A stretch of 64,000 nucleotides of DNA from Candidatus Bathyarchaeia archaeon (GTDB taxonomy: Archaea; Thermoproteota; Bathyarchaeia; Bathyarchaeales; Bathycorpusculaceae): the NCBI GenBank assembly GCA_049512075.1, contig JBEKXL010000014.1, positions 1 to 64,000 on the forward strand, read 5' to 3'. The notes under the pieces are model-generated. The model saw nothing but the letters and a program-made list of their open reading frames with translations, was not told where the DNA came from and ran no database searches. Below, piece by piece: positions 1 to 11,278 of the stretch. Positions within the stretch are counted from its first letter, which is position 1; each line of letters starts with the position of its first letter. The position numbers and the translations under genes are program-made.

Positions 1-1
1 G

Positions 2-106
2 TCCTATGCCCTCTTCAGCATACTGTGCCTAGTTCTGAACAGAGAAGCAGCCCAAAACACGGGAAGACCAGACAAAGCCGTCTCACCGACCTACTTCAAC
101 ACATAA
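2..106 (+). CDS. 3' end of a probable DDE transposase (partial, runs in from the window edge)
   Basis: Frame 2 reads SYALFSILCLVLNREAAQNTGRPDKAVSPTYFNT*. It is followed at once by a terminus (GGGACAAGGC, 111-120) resembling the MITE terminal repeat and by AGCGCGCT (121-128), the same 8-mer that flanks the MITE at 21209-21417. Confidence 0.5.
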   Translation, partial: SYALFSILCLVLNREAAQNTGRPDKAVSPTYFNT

Positions 107-206
107 TAAAGGGACAAGGCAGCGCGCTCAATAAGAAAACTTGATGGACAAACAAAAAATTCTTCTTTCACGACCCTTTTTGTTCCAAATTCTGTCTTAG
201 CGCGCG

Positions 207-252
207 TGGTTGTTCCTAAATTGGTTTTAAGTGGTTTTTATTCTTCTTTTGG
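207..252. mobile_element. Solo MITE terminal inverted repeat
   Basis: TGGTTGTTCCTAAATTGGTTTTAAGTGGTTTTTATTCTTCTTTTGG closely matches the reverse complement of the MITE right ends at 21417 and 41057. It is preceded by AGCGCGCG (199-206). No partner end seen. Confidence 0.65.
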
Positions 253-412
253 GGTCTATGGGCGTAACAGCGCATAAACTATTAATCCAGACGCTAAGTC
301 AAAAATCGAAGCGCAGGTCCAAAAAATGACTGGGCGTTGGAATACTCGCTTCAATGTGTGAGATAAGTTTTTGAAGTAGAAAAAAGAAAATTATGAAAGA
401 GGGTTAGAAAAT

Positions 413-901
413 ATGAATAAAACAAAAGTTAGAGCAGAACCCGGCAAACAAGAGCTATTCATTACAAGGGAGTTTGACGCACCTCGAGAGCTAGTTTTTA
501 AAGCACACACAGACCCGAAGCTTTACACCCAGTGGATTGGACCACGAAGATTCACAACGACTCTTATGAAATTTGAACCGAGAAGCGGCGGCATGTAGCG
601 GTATGTTTCCAAAGATAAAGACGGCAACGAGTATGCATTTCACGGCGTGAATCATGAAGTTCTCGCACCTGAGCGACTAATTGACACCTTTGAATTTGAA
701 GGGTTACCTGAAAAAGGACACGTAAGCCTGGAGACGCTAAGACTTGAGGAATTGCCCGATGGAAGAACCAAGCTAACTATTCAAGTTGTTTTCCAGTCAA
801 TCGCTGACCGAGACGGAATGCTCCAAGGCGGGATGGAAGAAGGACTCAACGAATCACATGATCGCCTCGATGAACAATTGGAAAAAATGAAAAAAGGATA
901 A
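413..901 (+). pseudogene. SRPBCC/AHSA1-like (START superfamily) protein interrupted by an in-frame TAG
   Basis: ORFs 413-598 and 647-901 are in the same frame. TAG at 596-598 sits where Trp is expected (GGM*RYVSKD). Motifs [19 protein letters not shown] and GMEEG..ES..RLDE. Confidence 0.85.
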
Positions 902-988
902 GCGCGCGCCACTCTTGAGACCAAAACTATCCCGTCACCTCACAATTCTCACATTACATCTGGACAATGGGTCGCGCATGCTATGAAG

Positions 989-1288
989 TCAAAGAGGGAT
1001 AGGCATAGGCATGCCGTTTCTTGCTTCCTCAACTATCGGAAGCACTTGTTTCAGTTCTCTGAAGTACTTGAGCACGGTTATGCCTCTTGGAGTTATGGCG
1101 AACACTGTTCTGCTTTTTCCAACGGTTCTTTCCTCAATCAGGTTTTGCTTAGTCAGAAAGTCCAAGTATTCTTTCAGGACTTTGCAGTTGACGTTCGCTT
1201 TATACATTATATGCGTCAGTTTTAATGGTCCACGGCGGGATAGCACTTGGAGAATGTCTACATACATCTCGAGTTTGGAACGTCTCAT
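989..1288 (-). CDS. Winged-helix transcription regulator (archaeal HTH_45/COG3432 type)
   Basis: MRRSKLEMYVDIL...LTHIMYKANVN...YLDFL...ITPRG signature. Start placed at ATG 1288. Confidence 0.85.
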   Translation of the reverse strand: MRRSKLEMYVDILQVLSRRGPLKLTHIMYKANVNCKVLKEYLDFLTKQNLIEERTVGKSRTVFAITPRGITVLKYFRELKQVLPIVEEARNGMPMPIPL

Positions 1289-1985
1289 GATTCTACCCTT
1301 CGCATATGTACCTTCCACCAGTTGGAACAAGGAGTATAAACCGTTTATGAATCAGAAACTATGGTTCATATCTGCATATTGCCGCGCCAACACAAGTTTT
1401 CGTCGCATCTTTGCAACATGTTCCTGTTCATATTGAACCCTCGGACAACCTGAACTTGGAATAGTTATTGCAAATATGTATTTCAAAACCGTATTTTGCG
1501 CACGCTTCTGGCAATCTCTCTCGAAAAGCTTCAATTAGGTTCTGGGCTGCTCTTGCTTTGGGGGTTTCATTATACTTAGCCCGCGCTCTACCATGTACGA
1601 CATCATTCAAAGAATAAACGTTTCTGGAACATTCCTCTAGCTGCGCACTTGCCCGTTTTCCTTTATCGATCACTAGCGCACGCTAACGGGAACATGGAAA
1701 AAGAAGGGAGAAAGTGAAGATGACTTTAACCTTACTCTCTCCACCCTTTGAAGAATAACGTATTGACAGACTCTTTTTAACCTTCAACAGAAGCGTCTTT
1801 CTCATGGGCTTGAGAACTCACTTTTACAAGCGCGCGCTCACGGTTACCCTGAGACTCTTGAAAGCTCTCCTTCAAGCGAGAGCCCTAACGGGTCGGTGAA
1901 ATCAAGCGCTAAGAACCGGTGAGGACAGCATAGTGAGGGTAACCACGATGACGCCCACACCAACAAGACAGAGGAAGATGAAAAC

Positions 1986-2201
1986 GTGAAGAACAAACCT
2001 CTCACTAACTACATCGTTGAAGATGGCAAGTTCAAAGACGACTTCTTTGGAAACCTTACGATTTGCAACGTTCCAGACAGCCTTCTCAGAGAGTTTATGC
2101 GAACAGTCGTTTGGCCCAAATACCCCGGCGGAATAAGCGAAGCACTTCAAGACCTTATGAGAAAGGAAGTTCAGAAACAAAAGAAACTGGATGCGTTCTG
2201 A
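1986..2201 (+). CDS. Small ribbon-helix-helix-like DNA-binding protein
   Basis: NLTICNVPDSLLREF...GGISEALQDLMRK pattern typical of archaeal RHH proteins. Confidence 0.5.
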   Translation: MKNKPLTNYIVEDGKFKDDFFGNLTICNVPDSLLREFMRTVVWPKYPGGISEALQDLMRKEVQKQKKLDAF

Positions 2202-2210
2202 GAGGCGCGA

Positions 2211-2480
2211 ATGCGTCCTAAATTAGTCTGCGAAGTACCGTACGCTTCTGGATCTGCCTGGTTTAGCGCGCGCGCTGAGAAAAAACTAGAACAGTTGAAG
2301 ATAGACGAACAAAAACGCATTGAACTAATGGCAGAATCCCTTGGCAGAACGCATGCACATTGGAATAGAAAAGGGCTACATCAGAACGGAGACGGAGCCA
2401 ACAGAAAGGCATACGTGTGTCCTAAGTGTGGCAACCGTTACGAGAGCGCGCGCTTATTTTGGCACTGCCCTGCACGATGA
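2211..2480 (+). CDS. Small hypothetical protein with a CxxC Zn-ribbon-like C-terminus
   Basis: YVCPKCGNRY motif; GAGG upstream of the start. Overlaps an opposite-strand ORF and contains two (GC)n tracts, so it may be degraded. Confidence 0.35.
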   Translation: MRPKLVCEVPYASGSAWFSARAEKKLEQLKIDEQKRIELMAESLGRTHAHWNRKGLHQNGDGANRKAYVCPKCGNRYESARLFWHCPAR

Positions 2481-2655
2481 ACTCTATCAGTCTGAGTTTC
2501 TCCCAATGGTTCAGGGCATTCCATTCATCTGCGAGGCTGGGGTGAAAGATGTGCAGCAATTCTGCAAATTCTTCAATCGTGCTGACATTCCCAATGCACG
2601 AGGTTCCGGGTCCAGCTAGCCTTTCCATCCACTCAGTATACTGCCTCTGTTTCAT
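2422..2655 (-). CDS. Small hypothetical protein
   Basis: Strong GGAGG ribosome-binding motif upstream of the ATG; natural-looking composition. The 3' end runs into a (GC)4 tract. Confidence 0.4.
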   Translation of the reverse strand: MKQRQYTEWMERLAGPGTSCIGNVSTIEEFAELLHIFHPSLADEWNALNHWEKLRLIEFIVQGSAKISARSRNGCHT

Positions 2656-3120
2656 CGTGGAACCTCCTGCCTTCCCGAGCTAACGAGCAGCCCAATTGTC
2701 AGGGTTCCTGTATTCAGTTCTTGGTCCTTCTTCCCATAATGCATCAAACAATTCCAAGAACTTCCTGCTGGACAGTTTCTGGCTCATTCCAACGCATCAC
2801 TTACAACAGTTCAGAGTCGCCTCAAAACATATATGGGCAACTGCTAAAATCAGAATATATCGAAAATCGACACACGCGTAGCGCGCACAGGTAAAGTTCT
2901 ATCTTTCTCTCTCTCATTCTTACGCCTACTCCCGCGCGCGTTTCGCAAGTGAGTTCCACAAGAGATCGTTGCGAGGAGGCTTTTCAACGTGAGTCTGTGG
3001 GCTTTTGCGTTCATTCCTTTCACGTTTTTGGTTTCGCTAAAGAGGAGAACAAACTGCCAACGTAACGGGGCTTTGATACGCGCGCTCTGACGTCACTGAT
3101 GGGGGAGGAGGTTAACGAAG

Positions 3121-3390
3121 AAACATTACAATTCACATTACATCTGGCGTTACAACTGAACAGTAGAAAGTCAACCCTGCCTACAATCCCTGACTAGTAC
3201 ATTGAAAATTACATCTGACATTACAAATAAACGGGCTGAGTCCACTCTGAACAGTAGTCCAGCCTGATTTTCTCCATGGTTTGTTACCAATACACATTAC
3301 ATCTGACATTACAAACAAAAAGGGGGGGGGCGACGACACAACATACAACACGACATTGCAACTGACCCTACAAATGAAGAGGTGGAGTCG
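3121..3390. repeat. Non-coding iterated ATTAC/GTTAC element with G-string, copy A
   Basis: ATTACATCTGACATTACAAA at 3208-3227 and 3296-3315; RTTAC motifs at 12-bp spacing; AAAAA followed by a G-run. Homologous to 8031-8312. Confidence 0.75.
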
Positions 3391-3495
3391 ACTTTCGCAC
3401 ATTAAGGGCGATGAGAAAATGAAAAGCGATGCGTACATTCCTGCAGAAGGGGAGATTCTGGCAGGCTTCTGAGGTTCTTGTCGCAGGTTTATGTG

Positions 3496-3572
3496 TGGCG
3501 CCGCCGATAGGACTTGAACCTATGACCGACTGGTTAACAGCCAGCCGCTCTACCTGGCTGAGCTACGGCGGC
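3496..3572 (-). tRNA. tRNA-Asn (GTT), encoded CCA, no intron
   Basis: Reverse complement GCCGCCGTAGCTCAG...CTGG CT GTT AA CCAG...GGTTCAAGTCC...GGCGGCGCCA folds as a cloverleaf. Confidence 0.97.
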
Positions 3573-3654
3573 TCTCTGGGGACTCACATGCTTTGAGTTT
3601 TGTGGCGGTATTTAAGTCTGCCCATAGACCCCGGGCGCGCTACCGTTTGACCGC

Positions 3655-5139
3655 TCACGTCTTCACGTTGATGCCCGCTTGCATCATCCTATACTTGGCT
3701 ATGCTTGCGAACAGTCTGAAGAAAGGACTTATGACACGCTCTCTCCAGTTGCTGGAAAAGCCCATGTTGATAAGGTTGCCCAGCCAGTACACATCGTGTT
3801 CTACACATTTTGCCAACAACTCCTGATGCAGCTTCGTCAGGTGCGTGTCCCTGAACCAGTCTTCGTCCTTGAGCCTGCCCATCGGAACGAAAAACAAAGG
3901 AACAACCAAGCTTCTGAAAGCCTTCAAATCATCCATCAATTCTATCGTCTTGACGAGATCGCTCTCAGTCTCTTCCGGAACCCCCACAATAAGCGTGCCC
4001 GCTGGAACGAGCATGTTGTCATGCATGAGCCCCATGCCCGTGCGCACAACCTCAGGCCAGTCTTCAGGTTTGAACGGGTGAGCTTTCGCAGGCATGATTT
4101 TCTTCGCGAGCTCCGGAGAACCCGTTTCAAGTCCGATCTCAACGCCCCACCAAGGCTGTTTCCGCCTTATCATTTCAGCTATTTCCGCGAAAAGTTTCGG
4201 CTTCGAGGCAACAGCTGCCAAGGAACAGTGACTCCAGGATATGCTACTGCACCTCTCAAGAACAGCTTCGTGGAGTCTGAAGAGTTTCTCATCATTCGGC
4301 AGAGTGTTCTTTGAACCGTAAAGCATGACATCATCCGTGTGAAGGATGACTCCTCCATTCTTGGCTCTGCGGTTTACCTCTATTTCCCTGAGTATTTTCT
4401 CAATCGGAAACCATCGCAGCGGCCTCAGAGTCACGCTGCAGAAGCTGCACCCGCGACAGCATCCGCGGCCAATCTCCACTAAACCGTTGATTGAAGGTCC
4501 GATGATTTCCGGTATCTCCTCCAAGCTTGGCGTTTCCCGAACGCTCGTTTCATAGCTAGCAGGAAGTTCCTCACCGTTGATTGCCGCCTTAAAGATTTTT
4601 CCAACGACGTTTTCGGCTTCTCCCTCAATTATGCAGTCTATTCCATAATTCTTAACGAAGTTCGGTCTGTAGTGCATTTGCCAAACGCCTGGACCGCCCA
4701 CGATGATCTTCAAACCCCGTTCTTTTGCCTCCCTAATCTCGGGAGAACCCAGAAGGTTGCGAAAGTGCCGGGCCAAGAACGGTTCCTTCTTCATTATAGC
4801 GGCCAAAGTGCTTGACGCAGGACCCAAACCGAAAGGATCCATCACGGTAATGCCAAGCACCTTCGCCTCTTTTACATGTGATTTGAGATGGTCCGGCGCC
4901 ACGGTTGAAACGTTGAAACCCTCTTTCACGAGCTGCGCCTCGATTTTTCTCAATCCATAAGGCGCTTCAACCGGCGCACCCCCTATCGACTTGATAGCTG
5001 GAAAGAAGAGCTGTTCAAACAAGAAGTCCGGGATAAAATTCGACGGAGCACACGTTCCAAAACCCAGGAACTCGTTACGATGATAATCACTCATCAACGT
5101 ACTGTCAGCAGTCAGAATTACCTTGTCATCCAAACACAC
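3655..5139 (-). CDS. Radical SAM enzyme with an N-terminal B12-binding-like/Rossmannoid region
   Basis: EIGRGCCRGCSFC (CxxxCxxC), IIVGGPG, IGLETGS and GTLIVGVPEE motifs. Confidence 0.88.
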   Translation of the reverse strand: MCLDDKVILTADSTLMSDYHRNEFLGFGTCAPSNFIPDFLFEQLFFPAIKSIGGAPVEAPYGLRKIEAQLVKEGFNVSTVAPDHLKSHVKEAKVLGITVMDPFGLGPASSTLAAIMKKEPFLARHFRNLLGSPEIREAKERGLKIIVGGPGVWQMHYRPNFVKNYGIDCIIEGEAENVVGKIFKAAINGEELPASYETSVRETPSLEEIPEIIGPSINGLVEIGRGCCRGCSFCSVTLRPLRWFPIEKILREIEVNRRAKNGGVILHTDDVMLYGSKNTLPNDEKLFRLHEAVLERCSSISWSHCSLAAVASKPKLFAEIAEMIRRKQPWWGVEIGLETGSPELAKKIMPAKAHPFKPEDWPEVVRTGMGLMHDNMLVPAGTLIVGVPEETESDLVKTIELMDDLKAFRSLVVPLFFVPMGRLKDEDWFRDTHLTKLHQELLAKCVEHDVYWLGNLINMGFSSNWRERVISPFFRLFASIAKYRMMQAGINVKT

Positions 5140-5293
5140 TGACTCTCCGAAGAACTAGCCACACTGCTTAAATTAAAGAGTTTGCTCTGCCAATCCTTCT
5201 CCTTTCCCACATTTGCCCGGAAAGCGAATCGGTGCGCCCTTCATGATAGAAATATAAGCAGTTGGAAAGAAAGATCTAGCAAACGGTGATAAA

Positions 5294-5756
5294 ATGGTTG
5301 AAGAGAAAAAATACACAGAAAAAGAGTGCCACAGAAAGTTTGCAGTCGACTGTTTCAACCTTGTTTGGACTCTTATTGACAAGAAGGACAGAACCAAAGA
5401 AGAAGACGACAAGATGGTTCATGCGGCTCATGCCTCTCGTTTTCATTGGGGAGAAATAGGAACGTCACTCGAGTTTGAAAGAGGCGAATGGCAAATTTCC
5501 AGTGTACACCGTCGTTAAAAGGCCTGAATCCGCACTCTATCACACAATGAGATGCTTGGAAATCTGCAAAGAAAACAACATCGGAGACTGGGACATCGCC
5601 TTTGCCTATGAAGCAATGGCCCGAGCCTACGCAGTTGCGGGGCAAAAAACAGAGTGCAAGAAATACATTGAACTGGCAAACAAGGCCGGAGAGCAAATCA
5701 AGGTTAAAGGAGACAAGGACTATCTATTCAGCGAACTCAGGACAATAAACTGCTAG
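5294..5756 (+). pseudogene. Conserved helical (TPR-like) hypothetical protein split by a frameshift near 5500
   Basis: ORFs 5294-5518 and 5475-5756 join as GEWQIS(R)VYTVVKRPESALYH...WDIAFAYEAMARA; a small deletion at ATTTCCAGTGTAC breaks the frame. Real mutation or assembly error. Confidence 0.75.
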
Positions 5757-5909
5757 AAGCGTTACGTGGGAGTCGAGATTCAAACTACTGAATAACAAGA
5801 ACGTGAGAATCTTGAGCTGCCTTCTAGGTCAAAAGTGTAGAGTGTGACCTGAGACACGCCAAGGTTCTTATTCTCTGTCAGGGAAAGGTACCCTCGAAGG
5901 AAAAGTCAG

Positions 5910-7961
5910 ATGAAAGGCTTCCATCTGGCAGCCCATGCACTTATGATTCTGCTGGTCTGCGCGGCTTTGTTTCCCATTTTGCAGCAACGCGCATTCTCAT
6001 CAAGCCCCATCTATCTAGACGTCGAACCTAATTCTCTACCACCACTGACCGATCTGAACTCAAGTGTCTACGGCTTGGAAGTCCCGGCAACACCCTCAGC
6101 CATCGGAGACAATTTCACAGTTGAAATACACCTGAGAAACGCAACCGTGACCAACGTTGCAACCGGCGTTGAAGGTGTTGAGGTTCACTTATACTTCGGC
6201 AACATTCTAGCGTATGCTGTGCCCACCGGGTTCGTGAACAAGATTGGCCAACCTGACGGAGTGCTAACAGGGCCAGACGTGTTGTACGGCCTTGGTCCTG
6301 GGTTCTTTGATGCTGGTGTTAATCCGGTTTCAAGTCCGCCCTACGCTGGTGCCGTGTACTTTGAAGTTGGAGCCGCCTCATCAGACAAGCCGTGGAATGG
6401 CGCTGACGGCTTGGTGGCCGTAGTAAGCTTCCGAATCGTGAAGCAGCCGCAGGGTTCGCAGGGGGAGCCGACAGTTACGTTGCAGCTTGCAAACGACTTC
6501 ACAGACATCGAGACTAACATCATCGTAGATCCCTACACCAACAACACCATGGCCGCGCCAGTATCCCACGACCGCATTCCAGGGAGCCTAGTATTGGACT
6601 CCAACTACGAGCCTCCTGCCAACAACTACACCTTAACAGTTCAAGAGAGTCCTGCAGGCTCTGGAACGGTGGATGTCAACGCAGGCGGAATTAATCAGAC
6701 ACCTCCCTACACTTTCTCAAACGGAACAGTTGTCCAAGTGGCGGCAACACCGAATGCTGGCTACAGCTTCACGAACTGGATTCTTGACGCTGCAAATGCT
6801 GGCTCTGCAAATCCATTCAGCATTACCATGAACAGCGCCCACACGGTAACAGCCAACTTCACCTATGCTCCTCCGCCCCCTGATTTGTTTCCTATCACTT
6901 TGACTGCAGAGCCAACGGCAGTGCCCCCGTTTGCAGGTGTCAACACCCGCCCTTACGGGTTGGAGATTCCGCCTACGCAGATTGTTGTTGGAGACATGTT
7001 CACGGTTGGACTCCATCTGCGAAATGCTACCAAAGGCAACGTGCCTCTTGGGGTCGGCTCTATTGAGGTGCATTTCTGGTTCGGAAACGTTCTGGATTAT
7101 GTGCGGCCTGTAAGCTTTGCACCCAGTGAGTTCGGCGGCCCTGAGGGAGTCCTCAACCCCGACATCCGTTTTTCCATTAATCCAGGGTTTCACGGTGTGA
7201 ACGGGGATGAGACGCCTTACCCGTACGACGGAGCGGTGAGCTATGACATTGCAGCAAGTTCAACGGGCACTGGTTGGAACGGTGTTGACGGTCTCGTGGC
7301 GGTGTTAACGTTCGAGATTACAAAACAGCCCCAATCTTCTTTGGGCAAAGACGCCGTAGGCTTGCCTATGGATTACACCTTCACAGGCTTAACTGACTGT
7401 AACGGAAGCAGCGTATTACACGACTGTTTGAATGCAACGATAACGCTGGACAGGGTTTCCCACGACGTGGCCGTGACAGACGTTACGTTACTGAAAACCG
7501 TGATCGGAGAAGGATATCCCATGATCATAAACGTTACCGCCGCGAACCTTGGCAGCGTTAGCGAGGACTTTCTTCTCACTGTTTACGCCAACGCGTCCGT
7601 CATGGACTCCCAGACAATCTCGCTTGCCAGCGGGAATTCCACAACAGTGGCTTTTGTCAGGAACACTACTGGCTTCGCCAAAGGCAACTACACCATAAAA
7701 GCCGTAGCGGAGGCTATCCCTGGGGAGGCAAACACGACGGACAATACGTACACTGCTGGCTCAGTGACAGTAACCATTCCAGGAGATTTAGACGGCAATG
7801 AAAAGGTTGAGCTTGTCGACTTGATTCGGTTAGTGCTTAGCTTCCAAAGCCAGGCCGGTCAGCCAAAATGGAACCCCAATGCAGACATAGATGGCAATGG
7901 AATCGTTGACCAATCTGACGCGAACATACTGGCTCAACACTACGGACAGCACTACCCGTGA
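5910..7961 (+). CDS. Secreted multidomain protein: two cohesin-like beta-sandwiches, InlB-B-like repeat, CARDB/Ig domain, C-terminal dockerin-like domain
   Basis: Signal peptide; duplicated module GDxFTVxxHLRNAT..VEVHxxFGNxL...DGLVAVxxFxIxKQP; ATPNAGYSFTNW repeat; HDVAVTDV..NVTAANLG; GDLDGNEKVELVD...NPNADIDGNGIVDQSD. Confidence 0.75.
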   Translation: MKGFHLAAHALMILLVCAALFPILQQRAFSSSPIYLDVEPNSLPPLTDLNSSVYGLEVPATPSAIGDNFTVEIHLRNATVTNVATGVEGVEVHLYFGNILAYAVPTGFVNKIGQPDGVLTGPDVLYGLGPGFFDAGVNPVSSPPYAGAVYFEVGAASSDKPWNGADGLVAVVSFRIVKQPQGSQGEPTVTLQLANDFTDIETNIIVDPYTNNTMAAPVSHDRIPGSLVLDSNYEPPANNYTLTVQESPAGSGTVDVNAGGINQTPPYTFSNGTVVQVAATPNAGYSFTNWILDAANAGSANPFSITMNSAHTVTANFTYAPPPPDLFPITLTAEPTAVPPFAGVNTRPYGLEIPPTQIVVGDMFTVGLHLRNATKGNVPLGVGSIEVHFWFGNVLDYVRPVSFAPSEFGGPEGVLNPDIRFSINPGFHGVNGDETPYPYDGAVSYDIAASSTGTGWNGVDGLVAVLTFEITKQPQSSLGKDAVGLPMDYTFTGLTDCNGSSVLHDCLNATITLDRVSHDVAVTDVTLLKTVIGEGYPMIINVTAANLGSVSEDFLLTVYANASVMDSQTISLASGNSTTVAFVRNTTGFAKGNYTIKAVAEAIPGEANTTDNTYTAGSVTVTIPGDLDGNEKVELVDLIRLVLSFQSQAGQPKWNPNADIDGNGIVDQSDANILAQHYGQHYP

Positions 7962-8030
7962 GAGTCAGGACCGGCGGAAAGACACCCTGCAATTCAGAAG
8001 CGCGCGCGCAACGATGATTCAAGAACTGCT

Positions 8031-8312
8031 ACTGCACAACATTACCACGGTTGTTACCAATAAACATAGGGGACGACTCCGAAGGAAGGAGATTTCACAG
8101 AATTTCTCCATGCTTTGTTACCACACAACATTACCACGGTTGTTACCAACAAAATGGGATCGCCAACGCAATAATACACTTTTACAATTCAACATTACAA
8201 AAAACGTAAATAAAAAAAGGCGGGGGGGGCCGACAACGCAGCATTAGAACACAACATGCCACAGATCACAATTACAGATTACATGTGACCTTGCAAACGA
8301 ATAGAGGGGGCC
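8031..8312. repeat. Non-coding iterated ATTAC/GTTAC element with G-string, copy B
   Basis: 26-bp direct repeat CACAACATTACCACGGTTGTTACCAA at 8035-8060 and 8124-8149. Shares TTTCTCCATGxTTTGTTACCA and the AAAAA-G-run-CGAC block with 3121-3390. Confidence 0.75.
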
Positions 8313-8619
8313 AGCGTTGAGGCTGCTTGATGTGGAAGAGTTGTCCTGAAGCAGGGCGTCGCGCTCTCTGAGACCACCGCCTTGAGAGAGCGCGCCGGCA
8401 TTTGATCTTTCGTTTTTCGTAATGTTGCTTTGCACAGAAATAACCTGGAACAGACCAACGTGTGCGCTCGCTATCCGAGGGTTAGCTTTGCTACTGGACG
8501 TATTTTTCTTCGCTTTGAAAGTATATATCTGACGTTTTCAATGGGATGCTGTCGGTACACGATAGAAGAGAGAACGTTGAGGCTTCGGGCATAAACGTCT
8601 TGAGGCGTGGTACTGTCTG

Positions 8620-9063
8620 GTGTCGCAAACGAGAGTGGGTTTTGGCTACCCCAAAGGTGTGTGCTTTCAGTGCACGAGATGTGCACTTTGCTGTGGGGAC
8701 ACGAAAAGCCGAACGAGGCGCATTATGCTTCTGAGGGAAGATGCTCGCACGATATCTGAGGCCGTTTTGAAGCCTGTTGAGACTTTCGCAACGGAGGCCA
8801 GGGGCCACGGGCCTTACGTTTACGAAATGAGAAAAACGCGGGGAGAGGGCAAATGTATTTTCCTCGAGGGAACGGACTGTAGCATTTACGCGGTGAGGCC
8901 TTTGGTGTGCAGGTTTTACCCATTCGAGCTAGTGACACTGAAGGATGGGAAACCTAGGTTCTTCTGCACAGGAGAATGCCCTGGAATTGGAAAAGGCAAG
9001 AGGCTGGAAAGAGAGTATTTCGAAAACCTGTTCAAGCGGGCTTACGATCAGCTGAGGAGATAG
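8620..9063 (+). CDS. YkgJ-family cysteine-cluster (putative Zn/Fe-S) protein
   Basis: FQCTRCALCCG...CIFL..CSIYAVRPLVCRFYPF...CPGIG. Confidence 0.88.
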   Translation: MSQTRVGFGYPKGVCFQCTRCALCCGDTKSRTRRIMLLREDARTISEAVLKPVETFATEARGHGPYVYEMRKTRGEGKCIFLEGTDCSIYAVRPLVCRFYPFELVTLKDGKPRFFCTGECPGIGKGKRLEREYFENLFKRAYDQLRR

Positions 9064-9220
9064 AAGACAGGGAATCTGAACAGATACCTTTCTTGACACG
9101 GTTGCGGATACTGTCTAGACTGACCTGAAACTGAAGTGGGGGCAGACTCGCTCTTTAGCTGCAAAGCTTGTTGCTTTCGCTAACGTCTTGGAGGCGGCCG
9201 CATCTTGTCTGGGTGAATGC

Positions 9221-9559
9221 TTATGTTGACTTGTGTGACGTGTGCAGTTTGTCGAAGGCGGAGACTTCGGGTCCATTCAGTGTGACGGGTGCGTGGGCCA
9301 TGATTGGTTTTTTCTGCACGTGCTTGTATCCACATTCGCACTCGAAACCTACTGTTTGTTTTCCGTTCTTCACTTGGCGCCATTTCCTGCCGTTGCAGCG
9401 TGTATCGTGCCTGTGAATGGTCCAGAGTTGTCTAGCTTCGGTCGGAGTAATTGGAGAATAGCGTTTTACCTTTGTGAAGTACCAGGCTAGGTACATTGTG
9501 AAACAGGCCCACAGTGAGGGCATGATTATCCACAGATTGGAGGTTAACATTTCTAACAT
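9221..9559 (-). CDS. Small membrane-anchored protein with a putative Zn site
   Basis: N-terminal TM helix, LWTIH...C...GFECECGY. Start placed at ATG 9559 after GGTGA. Confidence 0.65.
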   Translation of the reverse strand: MLEMLTSNLWIIMPSLWACFTMYLAWYFTKVKRYSPITPTEARQLWTIHRHDTRCNGRKWRQVKNGKQTVGFECECGYKHVQKKPIMAHAPVTLNGPEVSAFDKLHTSHKST

Positions 9560-9681
9560 GTTTTCACCATCTGTATTTATGTTCTGCACGGATACAATAT
9601 GTCTGTTTTCAAACATATCTAATTATAGAATATGCCATCTTACGATATAAACATTTCGCCGATTCGCAGGTCGGTTGCGCG

Positions 9682-10146
9682 CTAGAACTGTTGGAGTACG
9701 TCTTTTTTTTCTATTATGTTGCCGCAGTAGTGGCACTTTAGTAGCAGAGGGTCTTCGGATTCGATGTAGAACTTGGGTTTTACGGGTTCGTTGCTGTTGC
9801 TTATGCAGGCGGGGTTGGCGCATTTAACGATGTTTTCGATGGTTTTTGGCAGTTTGACTTCCTGTTTCTTTATGACTTTGTAGTTGCGGATTATGTTGAT
9901 TGTGGCGTGTGGGGCGATGAGGGCTATTTTGTGCACTTCTTGGGGGTTGAGTTCTCTGCCCTCGATTTTGAGGATGTCTTTCGTCCTGAACCGTTTGCTG
10001 GGCACGTTGATGGCGATGGTTATGGGCCCTTTCTCGCGGCCCGTTATTCCGAGGATTTTGACCACGTCCAGGGCGTGGCCGCCCGTGATGTGATCTATGA
10101 CGGTGCCGTCTCTGATTTTGGAAACGCGCAGCTCTGTTTCGCTCAA
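9682..10146 (-). CDS. pyrI: Aspartate carbamoyltransferase regulatory chain
   Basis: LRVSKIRDGTVIDHI...KDILKIE...CANPACI...CHYC. True start is TTG 10146; the ORF-track extension to 11070 is antisense to pyrB. Confidence 0.95.
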   Translation of the reverse strand: MSETELRVSKIRDGTVIDHITGGHALDVVKILGITGREKGPITIAINVPSKRFRTKDILKIEGRELNPQEVHKIALIAPHATINIIRNYKVIKKQEVKLPKTIENIVKCANPACISNSNEPVKPKFYIESEDPLLLKCHYCGNIIEKKDVLQQF

Positions 10147-10251
10147 GCCTGTTTCTCCCTCTGAGAGGTGGTTTATTGTTGGAACGCGAATAAAAGACTT
10201 TAATTTTTGCTGTTGCCGCGAGGTCTTGTGCTGTTGGCAAGAGTTATCTAG

Positions 10252-11202
<951 letters not shown>

Positions 11203-11278
11203 CCCGCGGATATGGCTGCAAAATCCTGCAGAAGACAGGAAAAGCACGAGTTTGTGTGGAGTGGGCGTGTGCTGCTGT

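Noticed and set aside
596-598. In-frame TAG as pyrrolysine or stop-codon reassignment
   Set aside because: It replaces an expected TGG (Trp) by one transition. Many intact genes here end in TAG, and other lesions use TGA, TAA or frameshifts, so ordinary decay or sequencing error is more likely.
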